In this document: in pieces, positions 30,857 to 41,941 of the stretch
Layout: each line of letters opens with the position of its first letter
Position numbering within the stretch: the stretch's first letter is position 1
NCBI GenBank assembly: GCA_963697335.1
Contig: CAVONQ010000008.1
Location: 1 to 64,000, forward strand
Direction: 5' to 3'
DNA length: 64,000 nt
From: an uncultured cyanobacterium
GTDB taxonomy: Bacteria > Cyanobacteriota > Cyanobacteriia > PCC-6307 > Cyanobiaceae
Made by a program: the position numbers and the translations under genes
The notes under the pieces: model-generated
Told to the model about the DNA's origin: nothing
Database searches by the model: none
The model's input: the letters and a program-made list of their open reading frames with translations, nothing else

Positions 30857-31137
30857 GCGGAGGCCATCATGCTGAGGCTGGCGCTGCCCAGCAGTTGCTG
30901 GCCCAGGCTGAGGGCGAGGAAGGCCAGGATCGCCGAGAGGTCGAGGCCGCCGATCGGGGGGATCAGGCCGCGAAACACGTTCAGGTAGGGATCGGTGATC
31001 GAGCTCACGCTGGAGAGCACCGGATTGCTCCAGTCGAGGTTGGGGAACCAGCTGAGCAGCACCCGCACCAGCAGGAGCAGGGAATAGATCTGCAGCGTGT
31101 TGCTCAGAACGCTCAGCACCTGGGCGGCAACTTGCAT
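30850..31137 (-). CDS. YggT/Ycf19-family membrane protein
   Basis: RVLLSWFPN...TDPYLNVFRGLIPPIGGLDLS. Confidence 0.93.
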   Translation of the reverse strand: MQVAAQVLSVLSNTLQIYSLLLLVRVLLSWFPNLDWSNPVLSSVSSITDPYLNVFRGLIPPIGGLDLSAILAFLALSLGQQLLGSASLSMMASAY

Positions 31138-31161
31138 GGGCCTGTGGGATGGACCCCGACT

Positions 31162-31743
31162 CTATGCAGGAGGTCGCGACCGGGGCTGCAGCTCTTCCGC
31201 TTTCACTGCAAAGGTGCGGTGAAATTTCTCGCTGAGGCTGATCCAGTAGGAGCGGCCCTCGCTCTGGCGCCGCCGCTCGATGAAGTTCTGGGCCAGCAGG
31301 GCCTTGATGTGGTCGTAGGCGCCGGAGCCGCGCAGCTCCACCAGCTCGGACTGAAGAATGCGCTTCTTGAGCGCGATCGTGGCCAGGGTGCGCAGGGCGG
31401 CGGTGGAGAGGTCCACCGGCACCAGGTTCTGCACCAGCTCCGCCAGGCTCTCGCGCAGTTGCAGGCCGTAGGTGTGGCCGTCCTGGCTGATCTCCAGGGC
31501 CGTGTCCCGATGGGCGTAGTCGGCCATCAGGGTGATCAGGCCCAGCTCGACGCTGTCGTTGTCCACCCCTGCGATGGCGGCCAGCTCGGAGAGGCTCAGC
31601 GGGCGGCCCTTGAGGTAGAGGATCGCCTCCAGGTGGGCCGGCAGCGACAGGTTCAGGGGCTTCGGCCCAGCAGGACTGACCGCTGGGAGGCTGACCTCGG
31701 GGTTCTCGGCTTCAGGCGTGCTGGCTTCGGGGTCGACACCCAT
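31162..31743 (-). CDS. scpB: SMC-Scp complex subunit ScpB
   Basis: LEAILYLKG, LRTLATIA, LVELRGSGAYDHIK. Confidence 0.92.
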   Translation of the reverse strand: MGVDPEASTPEAENPEVSLPAVSPAGPKPLNLSLPAHLEAILYLKGRPLSLSELAAIAGVDNDSVELGLITLMADYAHRDTALEISQDGHTYGLQLRESLAELVQNLVPVDLSTAALRTLATIALKKRILQSELVELRGSGAYDHIKALLAQNFIERRRQSEGRSYWISLSEKFHRTFAVKAEELQPRSRPPA

Positions 31744-31800
31744 GGCGCTCGGCCCTGGTGGTGCGAGCAAACTAAGGGAGCGCTGCTGGGATGTCTTCCC

Positions 31801-33399
31801 TCAGCCGTTGGAGCCGAGGAACAGCCGGTAGGCCGGGTTGGTGCTCTCGTCCCAGTGGCTGTAGCCGAGCCCGTCCAGAAAGTCCTGCCAGGCCCCCCGC
31901 TCCCTGGGCGGCACCTGCACGCCCACCACGATGCGCCCCACGTCGGCGCCGTGGTTGCGGTAATGAAAGATGCTGATGTTCCAGCTGGCCTGCAGGGCGT
32001 TGACGAAGGCCATCAGGGCGCCGGGTTTCTCGGGAAACTCGAAGCGATACAGCAGCTCCTCACCCTGGTCGAGGGCCTTGCCGGCACTGGCCGGCAGCCG
32101 GCCTCCCACCATGTGGCGCAGGTGCAGCTTGGCCAGCTCGTTGCAGCTGAGGTCGAGGCAGGGGAAGCCGTTGGCCTCCAGGCTGGCCAGCAGGGCCCGG
32201 GTGTCGGCATGGCCCTGGATCTGCACCCCCACGAAGATGTGGGCCCGGCGAGGGTCCGCCAGGCGATAGCTGAACTCGGTGAGGCTGCGATCCCCGAGCA
32301 TCTGGCAGAAGCGCCGCAGGCTGCCGGGCTGCTCGGGGATCTCCACGGCCAGCATGGCTTCGCGCTCCTCGCCCAGCTCGGCCCGCTCGGCCACGAAGCG
32401 CAGCCGGTCGAAGTTCATGTTGGCGCCGCAGGCCACCGCCACCAGGGTGCGGTCCTGCAGCCCCTGGCGCTCCACGTCCACCTTCATGCCGGCCACGGCC
32501 AGCGCGCCGGCGGGCTCGAGGATCGAGCGGGTGTCCTCGAACACGTCCTTGATGGCGGCGCAGATCTCGTCGCTGCCCACGGTCACCATCCGATCCACAT
32601 GGCGTTGGGCCAGGGCAAAGGTGTGGCGGCCCACCTGGCGCACGGCCACGCCATCGGCGAACAGCCCCACCTGCTCCAGCCGCACCCGCTCGCCACAGGC
32701 CAGGGAGCGTGCCATGGCATCGGCATCGTGCGGCTCCACCCCCACGATCTGCACGCCTGGCCAGAGGGTCTTGACGTAGGCGGCGATGCCGGCGATCAGC
32801 CCGCCGCCCCCCACTGCCACGTAGATCACATCGGGCGGGTGGGAGCACTGGCGCAGGATTTCGAGGCCGATCGTGCCCTGGCCGGCGATCACATCGGGAT
32901 CGTCGAAGGGGTGGATGAAGCTGAGCCCAGCCTCGGCAGCCAGCTCCAGGGCATGGGCGCAGGCGTCGTCATAGGTGTCGCCGTGCAGCAGCACCTCGGC
33001 GCCCCTGGCAGCCACGGCCCGCACCTTCATCTCCGGCGTGGTGACGGGCATCACGATCACAGCCCGGCAGCCCAGGCGCTGGGCGCCGAGGGCCACTCCC
33101 TGGGCGTGGTTGCCGGCGCTGGCGGCGATCACGCCCCGCTCCAGCTCCGCCGGGCTGAGCCCCACCATCTTGTTGTAGGCGCCGCGCAGCTTGAAGCTGA
33201 ACACGGGCTGCAGATCCTCCCGCTTCAGCAGCACCCGGTTGCCCAGCCGGGTGGAGAGGTTGGGGGCAGGATCGAGCGGCGATTCGATCGCCACGTCGTA
33301 GACCCGGGCCCGCAGGATGCGCTGCAGATAGCCGTCGGGGTCTGGGGCCGCCTCCGCCGGAGCGACGTCGGCGCTGGGGTTTCCGGGCTGCTGGCTCAT
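31801..33399 (-). CDS. ilvA: Biosynthetic threonine ammonia-lyase
   Basis: KREDLQPVFSFKLRGA, SAGNHAQG, C-terminal regulatory domains. Confidence 0.98.
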   Translation of the reverse strand: MSQQPGNPSADVAPAEAAPDPDGYLQRILRARVYDVAIESPLDPAPNLSTRLGNRVLLKREDLQPVFSFKLRGAYNKMVGLSPAELERGVIAASAGNHAQGVALGAQRLGCRAVIVMPVTTPEMKVRAVAARGAEVLLHGDTYDDACAHALELAAEAGLSFIHPFDDPDVIAGQGTIGLEILRQCSHPPDVIYVAVGGGGLIAGIAAYVKTLWPGVQIVGVEPHDADAMARSLACGERVRLEQVGLFADGVAVRQVGRHTFALAQRHVDRMVTVGSDEICAAIKDVFEDTRSILEPAGALAVAGMKVDVERQGLQDRTLVAVACGANMNFDRLRFVAERAELGEEREAMLAVEIPEQPGSLRRFCQMLGDRSLTEFSYRLADPRRAHIFVGVQIQGHADTRALLASLEANGFPCLDLSCNELAKLHLRHMVGGRLPASAGKALDQGEELLYRFEFPEKPGALMAFVNALQASWNISIFHYRNHGADVGRIVVGVQVPPRERGAWQDFLDGLGYSHWDESTNPAYRLFLGSNG

Positions 33400-33470
33400 C
33401 CCCCCAGTGTCGCAATCTGCACGGGTCCCCCAGGCGAACCCCCTAGATTGCCCGCATCGCCAGGGTCGTG

Positions 33471-35393
33471 ATGCATCTCAGTGAGCTGAGCCACCCAAAC
33501 CAGCTGCACGGCCTCAGTACCGCCGAGCTCGAAGCGATCGGCCGCCAGATCCGGGAGCGCCACCTCGAGGTGGTCAGCACCAGCGGTGGCCATCTCGGTC
33601 CGGGCCTGGGGGTGGTGGAACTCACCCTCGCCCTCTACCAGACCCTCGACCTCGACCACGACAAGGTGGTGTGGGATGTGGGCCACCAGGCCTATCCGCA
33701 CAAGCTGATCACCGGCCGCTACAAGGATTTCCACACCCTGCGCCAGCAGGGAGGCGTGGCGGGCTACCTGAAGCGCAGCGAGAGCAGCTTCGACCACTTC
33801 GGCGCCGGCCACGCCAGCACCTCGATCTCCGCCGCCCTGGGCATGGCCCTGGCCCGCGACCGCCGCGGCCAGGATTTCAAGTGTGTGGCGGTGATCGGCG
33901 ACGGCGCCCTCACCGGCGGCATGGCCCTGGAGGCGATCAACCACGCCGGCCACCTGCCCCACACCAGGCTGCTGGTGGTGCTCAACGACAACGACATGTC
34001 GATCAGCCCGCCGGTGGGGGCCCTCTCCACCCACCTCAACCGCATGCGGCACAGCCCGCCGCTGCAGTTCCTGCAGGACAACGCCGAGGAGGCGATCAAG
34101 CACCTGCCGTTCATGCACGGCGAGTTGCCGCCTGAACTCAAGAACCTCAAGGAGAGCATGAAGCGGCTGGCGGTGCCCAAGCTGGGGGCCGTGTTCGAGG
34201 AGCTGGGCTTCACCTACATGGGCCCGATCGACGGCCACGACATCGCCGGCATGGTGAAGGTGTTCCAGCAGGCCCACGCCCACGACGGTCCTGTGCTCGT
34301 GCATGTGGCCACCACCAAGGGCAAGGGCTACCCCTACGCCGAAGCCGATCAGGTGGGCTACCACGCCCAGGGCGCCTTCGACCTGGCCACTGGCAAGGCC
34401 TACCCCTCCAGCAAGCCCAAGCCGCCCAGCTACAGCAAGGTGTTCGGCCAGACGCTGGTGAAGATCTGCGAGCAGGATCCGCTCGTGGTGGGGATCACCG
34501 CCGCCATGGCCACCGGCACGGGCCTCGACCTGCTTGAGAAGGCCCTGCCTGGTCAGTACTTCGATGTGGGCATCGCCGAGCAGCACGCCGTGACCATGGC
34601 GGCCGGCATGGCCTGCGAGGGGCTCAGCCCGGTGTGCGCCATCTACAGCACCTTCCTGCAGCGGGCCTTTGACCAGCTGATCCACGATGTGGGCATCCAG
34701 AAGTTGCCGGTCACCTTCGTGCTCGACCGCGCCGGCATCGTCGGCGCCGACGGCCCCACCCACCAGGGGCAGTACGACATCAGCTACCTGCGGGCGGTGC
34801 CCAACTTCACGGTGATGGCCCCGAAGGATGAGGCCGAGCTGCAGCGGATGCTGATCACCGCCATCCAGCACAGCGGGCCGTGTGCTCTGCGCATCCCCCG
34901 GGGCGAGGGTGAAGGGGCCCCCCTGGCCGAGGAGGGCTTCGAGCCCCTGGAGATCGGCCGCGGTGAACTGCTCGCCGATGGCGACGACCTGCTGATCGTG
35001 GCCTATGGCGCCATGGTGTACCCCGCCATGGCCACCGCTGGTCTGCTGCAGGAACAGGGCATCCGGGCCGCTGTGATCAATGCCCGTTTTGTCCGGCCCC
35101 TGGATGAGGCCCTGATCCTGCCGATGGCGCGCCGCATCGGTCGGGTGGTGACCATGGAGGAGGGCTGCCTGCCGGGGGGCTTCGGCGCCGCGATCACCGA
35201 GTGCCTCAACGACCACGACGTGCTCGTGCCAGTGCTGCGCATCGGCATTCCCGACCAGCTCGTGGATCACGCCTCACCGGACCAGAGCAAGAGCGCCCTT
35301 GGCCTGACACCGCCCCAGATGGCGGATCGGATCCTGCAGCGTTTCGGGGCTGGCCTGCGGCTCACGGTGCCGGTGAAACCCCTGGTCGTCTGA
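33471..35393 (+). CDS. dxs: 1-deoxy-D-xylulose-5-phosphate synthase
   Basis: [37 protein letters not shown]. Confidence 0.98.
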   Translation: MHLSELSHPNQLHGLSTAELEAIGRQIRERHLEVVSTSGGHLGPGLGVVELTLALYQTLDLDHDKVVWDVGHQAYPHKLITGRYKDFHTLRQQGGVAGYLKRSESSFDHFGAGHASTSISAALGMALARDRRGQDFKCVAVIGDGALTGGMALEAINHAGHLPHTRLLVVLNDNDMSISPPVGALSTHLNRMRHSPPLQFLQDNAEEAIKHLPFMHGELPPELKNLKESMKRLAVPKLGAVFEELGFTYMGPIDGHDIAGMVKVFQQAHAHDGPVLVHVATTKGKGYPYAEADQVGYHAQGAFDLATGKAYPSSKPKPPSYSKVFGQTLVKICEQDPLVVGITAAMATGTGLDLLEKALPGQYFDVGIAEQHAVTMAAGMACEGLSPVCAIYSTFLQRAFDQLIHDVGIQKLPVTFVLDRAGIVGADGPTHQGQYDISYLRAVPNFTVMAPKDEAELQRMLITAIQHSGPCALRIPRGEGEGAPLAEEGFEPLEIGRGELLADGDDLLIVAYGAMVYPAMATAGLLQEQGIRAAVINARFVRPLDEALILPMARRIGRVVTMEEGCLPGGFGAAITECLNDHDVLVPVLRIGIPDQLVDHASPDQSKSALGLTPPQMADRILQRFGAGLRLTVPVKPLVV

Positions 35394-35425
35394 GGCCCCT
35401 GGCTCCCGTCGCGAGCCCCTTCACG

Positions 35426-36610
35426 ATGCTGGATGTGCTCGTGGTGGGCGCCGGGCCCGCCGGGGGCAGGTTGGCCCTGCAGCTGGCCCGAGGCGGTGCC
35501 CGGGTGATGCTGGTGGATCGACTCCCCGACCTGGCCCAGGCGGCCTTCAGCAGTGCGGCCTTGCCGCTGGCGGCGGTGCAGGCCCTCGGGCTGCCCGAGC
35601 TGGTGATCGCGGCCCGCTGGAGCGGTTGGCAGCTGCTGGGGCCCGCCGCTGGGCAGCGCCAGTGGTGGGGCCGGCGCCCTCTGGGTGCGGTGCTGGATTT
35701 CGGTGCCCTGCGCTGTTGGCAGGCGGACCAGGTCCGACAGCTGGGTGTGCAGTTGCGGCTCGGCTGGCGCGCCGTGGCCTGCGGGGCCATGGGCGGCCAC
35801 GCCATGCGCACCTGGCTGTGCCCCCCGGGCAGCTCCACGCCGCGCAGCATCGAGAGCCGCTGGGTGGTGGACGCCACGGGGCAGGCCAGGGCTCTGCTGG
35901 GGGAGCCTGCTCCGGGCCAGGGGGCGCTGGTGCGGGGCCTCGGGGTGGAGTGGCTGCTGCAGGTGGACCCGGAGCTGGGCCAGCACTGGGCCGATCGGCT
36001 CAGCTTCTGCCTGGGCAGCGACTGGGTGCGGCAGGGCTATGGCTGGGTGTTCCCGATGGCCGCCGGCCAGCTCAAGGTGGGCGTGTGCCGGCTGCAGGAT
36101 GGCCGCCGTGATCAGGGGCCCCTCGGCCCCGAGCTGGCCCGAATGCTGCAGCGGCTGGGGCTGGATCAGGCGCGGGTGCTGGATCGCCACGGCGGACTGA
36201 TCCGCAGCACGGTGGAACGGCGCGAGGCCCATGGCCACGGCCGACTGCTGGGGTTGGGGGATGCCGTGAGCACCGCCAACCTGCTGGGCGGTGAGGGCAT
36301 TCGCCATGCCATGGCCAGCGCCGATGTGCTCGCGCCGCTGCTGCTGCAGGACGGGTTCAGCCCTGGGACACTGGTGGCGAAGTACCGGCGGGGTTTGGCT
36401 TCAGCCCTGGGATGGCGCTGGAGCCTGAGTGGGCGGCTGGCCCGGCGCATCTGGCTGGGCCTGGATCAGGGGTCAGGCGACCGCCATCTCGACCGCCTGC
36501 TCAGGGGCCTGGAAACGCGCAGGGCTGAGGATCTCTCCGCCCTGCTGTTTGACTACCGCTTCGAGCGTTACGGCCTGCGGGCCGTGCCCTATCTGCTGGG
36601 TTGGCGCTGA
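35426..36610 (+). CDS. FAD-dependent oxidoreductase (geranylgeranyl reductase-like)
   Basis: DVLVVGAGPAG, VVDATG, GYGWVFP, GDA...GEGI. Confidence 0.88.
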   Translation: MLDVLVVGAGPAGGRLALQLARGGARVMLVDRLPDLAQAAFSSAALPLAAVQALGLPELVIAARWSGWQLLGPAAGQRQWWGRRPLGAVLDFGALRCWQADQVRQLGVQLRLGWRAVACGAMGGHAMRTWLCPPGSSTPRSIESRWVVDATGQARALLGEPAPGQGALVRGLGVEWLLQVDPELGQHWADRLSFCLGSDWVRQGYGWVFPMAAGQLKVGVCRLQDGRRDQGPLGPELARMLQRLGLDQARVLDRHGGLIRSTVERREAHGHGRLLGLGDAVSTANLLGGEGIRHAMASADVLAPLLLQDGFSPGTLVAKYRRGLASALGWRWSLSGRLARRIWLGLDQGSGDRHLDRLLRGLETRRAEDLSALLFDYRFERYGLRAVPYLLGWR

Positions 36611-36615
36611 GCCGT

Positions 36616-36873
36616 TCAGACCACGCCGCGGGAGGCGAGGCCGAGGATGGTGCCGATGCCGAGGATGTGGCCCAGGCTCAGGGTGCCGAGCATGGCCCCG
36701 TGGCTCATGCCGCCGAACATGGCGTTGTTGGGCAGTTGCAGGCCCACGTTGGGCTGCTTGATGGTGGCCTTGCCGATCGCGATGGCGATCACGTTGCAGA
36801 CGATCATCACCAACGCCACCTTCGGCGACCAGGTGAGGGTGGCGGGGGCCACAGCCAGAAGAGGAGCGAGCAT
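36616..36873 (-). CDS. psaK: Photosystem I subunit PsaK
   Basis: WSPKVALVMIVCN...SLGHILGIGTILGL. Confidence 0.95.
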   Translation of the reverse strand: MLAPLLAVAPATLTWSPKVALVMIVCNVIAIAIGKATIKQPNVGLQLPNNAMFGGMSHGAMLGTLSLGHILGIGTILGLASRGVV

Positions 36874-36951
36874 GGATCAAGAGCCGACGCCCCATCTTCT
36901 GGGGCTGCGCAGCCCTGGGCCGCCTGCCTTAAGACTTGTTCATCCGCCGGC

Positions 36952-37296
36952 TCAGGGTTCCGGTGGCTGCGGTGGCGGGCTCTGGCCGACGAAGCCCAGC
37001 ACCACCACCAGGTTGGCCAGGGTCAGAAAGGACTCGGCGCCCCCGTGCAGGGGATCCACATCGGCCAGCTGGCGGCCCCACAGCTGCTCGGCCGCCACAG
37101 CGGCCACGATCGTCACCGTCACGAACAGCAGGGTGAGCTGGAAACCCCGCAGGGCGAGCCTGGGGAAGGCCTGAACCTGCCTCGCCCACCACAGAAACAG
37201 GAGGTAAGGCAGCAGAGAGAGCACGAACAGGGGCCCTGGATCCACCGTGGCCAGCCGCTCCAGCAGGTTCTCCATCAGCTGCGGCAGCGCTGTCAT
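36952..37296 (-). CDS. DUF3593-family membrane protein
   Basis: LFVLSLLPYL, LADVDPLHGGAESFLTLAN. Confidence 0.88.
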   Translation of the reverse strand: MTALPQLMENLLERLATVDPGPLFVLSLLPYLLFLWWARQVQAFPRLALRGFQLTLLFVTVTIVAAVAAEQLWGRQLADVDPLHGGAESFLTLANLVVVLGFVGQSPPPQPPEP

Positions 37297-37610
37297 CCGG
37301 CGCCAGGGGGTTGGGAGGCGCGCTGCTGGCGCAGCAGGTGGAGGGCGGCGACGGCCAGGGCGCCGTTACCCAGCAGGGTGCAGCCTGCCTGCAGCACCAC
37401 CAGGCCGTCCAGGGCGGGGGTGTTGTCAAACAGGTGCCAGGTGCAGGCGGCCATGGCGCTCACCAGGGCCGGCAGCATGGCCAGGGCCAACCAGCGCCAG
37501 CCCCCCTCCCGCCGCCGCTGTCCGTAGCTGTGCACCGCAGCGATGGCGGCGATCCACTCCAGCACCGAGGCGATGTGGATCCACCAGGTCGGCAGGGAGA
37601 GCGCGTGCAT
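37293..37610 (-). CDS. DUF2499 (Ycf49-like) membrane protein
   Basis: MHALSLPTWWIHIASVLEW...ACTWHLFDN. Confidence 0.9.
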   Translation of the reverse strand: MHALSLPTWWIHIASVLEWIAAIAAVHSYGQRRREGGWRWLALAMLPALVSAMAACTWHLFDNTPALDGLVVLQAGCTLLGNGALAVAALHLLRQQRASQPPGAG

Positions 37611-37657
37611 GGGCAGACTCTGGCACTGAGATCCACTCCTCCGTGGCGACCGAGCCC

Positions 37658-38239
37658 ATGGGCCTGCGCGCCCGCCTGTTGCTTCCCGTGCTGATCCTGG
37701 CGGTGCCCTGGCTGCAGGAGCTGCTGGATCAACTGCTGTTCGGCGGCCGCTGGAACCTGCCGCTGGTGCCCGGCGGGCCGGTGTGGGGGGTGTTCACGGC
37801 GCCCTTCAGCCACGGTGGCTTTGCGCACCTGTTCAGCAATTCGCTCTGGTTCCTGCCGCTCTCCTGGCTGGTGCTCTCCCGCGGCCTGCGGCCCTACCTG
37901 CGGGTCTGGGCCTCCGTGCTGCTGTGCTCGCTGCCGGTGTGGCTGCTGTGGCACAACGCCAGCCATGGCCTCTCCGGTGTGGTCTACGGCCTGCTGGGCT
38001 ACCTGCTGGCGGTGGGGCTGGTGGAGCGGCGGCCCTGGCCGATCGTGCTTTCTGTGGTCTGCGTGGTCGCCTATGGGGGGCTGCTGCCGTCGTTGTTGCC
38101 CCTGTTCAGTCCGCCGGGGGTCAGCTGGATCGGCCATGCCTCGGGCTTTGGCGCCGGGGTGCTGGCGGCCTGGGTGGGAGCACCGCTGACGGAGCGCCTC
38201 CCGGGCTCCCCGGGGGACCCCGGCCGCTTGCGGTGGTAG
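37658..38239 (+). CDS. Rhomboid-family intramembrane protease
   Basis: H..FAHLFSN, GLSG, SWIGH. Confidence 0.88.
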   Translation: MGLRARLLLPVLILAVPWLQELLDQLLFGGRWNLPLVPGGPVWGVFTAPFSHGGFAHLFSNSLWFLPLSWLVLSRGLRPYLRVWASVLLCSLPVWLLWHNASHGLSGVVYGLLGYLLAVGLVERRPWPIVLSVVCVVAYGGLLPSLLPLFSPPGVSWIGHASGFGAGVLAAWVGAPLTERLPGSPGDPGRLRW

Positions 38240-38241
38240 GG

Positions 38242-39309
38242 ATGGCGCCTGCCGCCCAGCCCCCCGTGCCCCTGCGTGAACGCCCCCTGCTGGTGGGCTA
38301 TTACGGCGAGCACAACCTGGGTGATGACGCCCTGCTGGAGGTGTTGCTGGCCGGCCTGCCGGCAGGCTGCAGCCCCGTCGTGACGGCCCGGGATCAGCCC
38401 CTCGTGCAGCGGCGCTACGGCGTGGCCACGGTGGACCGCACCCACCTGGCGGCGGTGCTGGCGGCGGTGGGCCGCTGCGATGCCGTGGTGTTCGGCGGCG
38501 GAACGCTGCTCCAGGACAGCACCAGCTTTCTCAGCCTCGTGTACTACGCCGCGCTGGTGGTGCTCGCCCGGAGTCAGGGCAAGCCGGTGCTGCTCTGGGG
38601 CCAGGGTCTCGGGCCCGCTGCGCCGGCGCCGCAGCCGCTGGCTGGTGCGGGGGGTGCTCCCCTGGTCACCGCCGTGAGCTGGCGGGATCCTGGTTCGGCG
38701 GCCCTGGCCCGCAGCCTGGGAAGCCCGGATGCGGGGGCGGTGGGGGCCGATCCGGTGTGGAGCGTGGCGCCGGAACTGTGGCGGGGCGAGGGGGGGCCGA
38801 TCGTGCTCTGTTTCCGGCCCACAGCCCAGCTGCAGGGCCAGGCCTGGACCCCCTGGTTGCGGGCCCTGGAGGGGCTGGCACCGGAGCGCGAGCTGCTGTG
38901 GCTGCCGTTCCACGCCCATCAGGACCGGGGACTGCTGGCGAGCCTGCGCGCCCAGGGTCTGCTCAGCCCTGCCCTGGCCGCCCGCAGCCGCGAACTGCAG
39001 CCCCGATCGCCCGCGGGAGGCGATGCGCCTTTGCGCCACCAGCGGCCTGGTGCTGGCCATGCGTCTGCACGGCCTGATCCTGGCCGCCGCCGCGGGTGCG
39101 CCCACAGCGGCGCTCAGCTACGACCCCAAGGTGAGGCCGCAGCCGCCTCGAGTCTGGGCTGTCCCTGCGCCTCGCTGGATCAGCCTCCGCCCGCCGATCT
39201 GACGGCCCTCTGGGAGGCCTGCCTCGATGCTCCTCCGGCAGTGGAGCGGCTGAACAGGCTGCGGGCCAGCACGGCCGTGCACCGCGATCTGTTGGCCAGC
39301 CTGGCCTGA
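38242..39309 (+). CDS. csaB: Polysaccharide pyruvyl transferase CsaB (two pairs of compensating indels)
   Basis: GYYGEHNLGDDA, GGGTLLQD, QGLGP, SWRD. MRLHGLI and YDPKV lie in another frame. Confidence 0.88.
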   Translation: MAPAAQPPVPLRERPLLVGYYGEHNLGDDALLEVLLAGLPAGCSPVVTARDQPLVQRRYGVATVDRTHLAAVLAAVGRCDAVVFGGGTLLQDSTSFLSLVYYAALVVLARSQGKPVLLWGQGLGPAAPAPQPLAGAGGAPLVTAVSWRDPGSAALARSLGSPDAGAVGADPVWSVAPELWRGEGGPIVLCFRPTAQLQGQAWTPWLRALEGLAPERELLWLPFHAHQDRGLLASLRAQGLLSPALAARSRELQPRSPAGGDAPLRHQRPGAGHASARPDPGRRRGCAHSGAQLRPQGEAAAASSLGCPCASLDQPPPADLTALWEACLDAPPAVERLNRLRASTAVHRDLLASLA

Positions 39310-39333
39310 GCGGCGCTGCCCGCCCGCAGGGCA

Positions 39334-39909
39334 TCAGACCTGCTGGAGCGCCAGAAGGGTTTCCAGCACTTCGTTGCTGTGGCCACTGGGGCGCACGGCC
39401 ACCCAGCGGGCCCGCAGGATGCCCTCGGGGTCGATCAGGAAGGTGTGGCGCTGGGAAAAGGGAGCCAGCCAACTGCCGTAGCGCCCGCTCACCTGGCCGG
39501 CGGGGTCGGAGAGGAGCGGGAACACCAGTCCTTCACTGCTGCAGAAGTCGCTGTGGGAGGAGGCGTCGTCGGCGCTCACCCCAACCACGGCGGCTCCGGC
39601 GGCCTTGAAGCGGGCCAGATCCTTCTGGAAGCCCCGGGCTTCGAGGGTGCAGCCGCCGGTGAAGTCGCGCGGGTAGAAATAGAGCACCAGCCACTGGCCA
39701 GCGAAATCAGCCAGAGCCAGCAGGCTTTCCTGCGGGGCGCCATCAGGGCCAGGAGTCACCCCCGGAAGCCGAAAATCGGGGGCCGGCCGATCCAGCTCCG
39801 GCAGGGTACCCCCCAGGGCTTCGGCCCGCTTGCCGGCAGAGAGCAGGCCCAAGCCCAAAACCAGGGCAGAGGTGCCAGCCCGTAGCAGCTCACGGCGCCG
39901 CATCAGCAT
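39334..39909 (-). CDS. bcp: Peroxiredoxin Q/BCP with possible Tat signal
   Basis: RRRELL leader, LYFYPRDFTGGCTLEA. Confidence 0.92.
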   Translation of the reverse strand: MLMRRRELLRAGTSALVLGLGLLSAGKRAEALGGTLPELDRPAPDFRLPGVTPGPDGAPQESLLALADFAGQWLVLYFYPRDFTGGCTLEARGFQKDLARFKAAGAAVVGVSADDASSHSDFCSSEGLVFPLLSDPAGQVSGRYGSWLAPFSQRHTFLIDPEGILRARWVAVRPSGHSNEVLETLLALQQV

Positions 39910-39937
39910 GAAGGTTTTGAACTCCCAGTCTGGTGGC

Positions 39938-40174
39938 TCAGATCTTGGCCAGGTTCACGCCCAGCTCCTTGGCGTAGGCACCGAGACCCTTCTTCTGGAT
40001 GGTCTTGAGGGCTTTGGTGGACACCCGCAGCTTCACGAAGCGCTTGCCCTCCGCCCACCAGAGGCGGCGCTCCTGGAGATTCACCTGTTGGAGCTTCTTG
40101 GTGCGCACGTGGGAGTGCGAGACGGCCATGCCGTTGTTGGCGCGCTTGCCGGTGAGCTGGCAGACCCGGGACAT
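39938..40174 (-). CDS. rpmB: 50S ribosomal protein L28 (copy 1)
   Basis: [22 protein letters not shown]...VNLQ. Confidence 0.98.
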   Translation of the reverse strand: MSRVCQLTGKRANNGMAVSHSHVRTKKLQQVNLQERRLWWAEGKRFVKLRVSTKALKTIQKKGLGAYAKELGVNLAKI

Positions 40175-40266
40175 GACCTACAACCGTTCAGAACAACTTC
40201 TGGGCATATGCCCAAGCGGAGACTTTACCAAAGAGTCGAGGCCTGCAGTGGCATCTCCCCAGGGGT

Positions 40267-41941
40267 TCAGAGGCCGCGCTCCATCAGCTGACCCATCAGA
40301 TCGGCGCTGCGTTGCTGGAAGCCCGCCAGCTGGTTGGGCTCGAGGCCACCCACCGCCAGGCGGGCCATCTCGTAGAGGTGGGCGCTGAGGGCGCTGGCCA
40401 GCTCCTGGCTGGGGGAGCTGCCCGAACCGGTGATCACCGAGCCGGCGCTGAGCTTCAGCAGCCCTTCCACCAGCCGGTGACGGCGGTTGATCAGCAGCAC
40501 GTGGTGGTCGGGCAGGCCTGGCAGGCGCTGTTCCATCAGGGCGCCCATGTCGTTGATGCGGCGCATCTGCTCCGGCAGCAGGATCAGGGCTGCGGGGGCG
40601 TTGTCGCCCTTCAGCGCCTGGATCTGGAGGGTCACCCGGTCGTCGTTGAGGGCCGCCTTGAACAACTCGCGCAGCTTCTCGGAACTGTCCTTGCCCTCGG
40701 CATCGGCCAGTTCACTCTCCTTCTCCTGCAGGGAGTCATCCAGCTCGGCATCGACCCGCTGGAACTTGAGCTCCTCGTGGCGCATCTCCAGCCAGGGGAT
40801 GAACTGGGTATCGATGAAGGTGTCGGCCAGCAGCACTTCGGCGTCCTGGCTCTTCCACAGGGCGAGGGGGCCTGCCTGGCCGGCCTCATCGGTGCAATAG
40901 AGCACCCGCTTGTCGTTGTCCCCGCTGAGGCGACCGCGGTAGCCCAGCAGGGTGGTGAAGGCCTTGCCGCCCTCGGCCGGGATCGGATCGAGGCTGGTGC
41001 CTTCGGCGGGGTCGCCCTCCATGGCTGCGGCGGTGGTGCCGAACAGCACCAGATCCGCCACCTGGTCAGCGAACTTGTCGTCTTCCATGGCGCCAATCTT
41101 GATGAAGGGGGCCACGGATTCCCAGATCTCGGCGTAGCGCCTGGGATCGTCGCGGTGCAGCTCCTTGAGCCGATCCCCCACCTTCTTGGCCACGAAGCCG
41201 CCAATCGAGCGCACGCGGCGATCGGTCTGCAGGGCTGAGCGGCTCACATTGAGGGGGATGTCCGGCGAGTCGATCACGCCGCGCAGGGGCAGCAGGTAGC
41301 GGGGCACCACCTCCTTGATCGAGTCGCTCACGAACACCTGGTTGCAGTAGAGCTTGATTTCGCCCTTCTCCCAGTCGGCCCGGCCGCTGGATTTCGGGAA
41401 ATAGAGGATGCCCTGCAGGGTGTAGGGGTAGTCGGTGTTGAGGTGCACCCAGAGCAGGGGGTCGCCCTGGAAGGGGTAGAGGTAGCGATAGAGCTCGATG
41501 TAGTCGTTGGCGCTGAGCTCGCGGGCGCTCTTGCGCCACGGAGCCTCCCGCTTGTTGACGGTCTCGCCCTCCAGCTGCACCGCCACGGGCATGAAGTCGC
41601 AGTAGGTGGTGATCAGGGTGCGGATGCGGGAGGGCTCGATGTACTCGAGCTCCTCCTCCATCAGGTGCAGGATCACATCGGTGCCCGGCTCGCTGCGTTC
41701 CGCGGCCTCAAGGCTGAAGTTGGGGGAGCCATCGCAGCTCCAGCGCACCGCCTCACTGCCCTCCCGCGCGCTCAGGGTCACCAGCTCCACCTGGCTGGCC
41801 ACCATGAAACTGGAGTAGAATCCCAGTCCGAAGTGGCCGATGATGGCGTCGCCCTCGCTCTTGTACTTCTCGAGGAAGTCTTCGGCGCTGGAGAAGGCCA
41901 CCTGGTTGATGTAGCGCTTCACCTCATCGGCGCTCATGCCG
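40267..41941 (-). pseudogene. htpG: 5'-truncated duplicate of htpG
   Basis: Begins at MSADEVK and lacks about 82 N-terminal residues, including LRELVSN and DNGIG. Confidence 0.88.
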
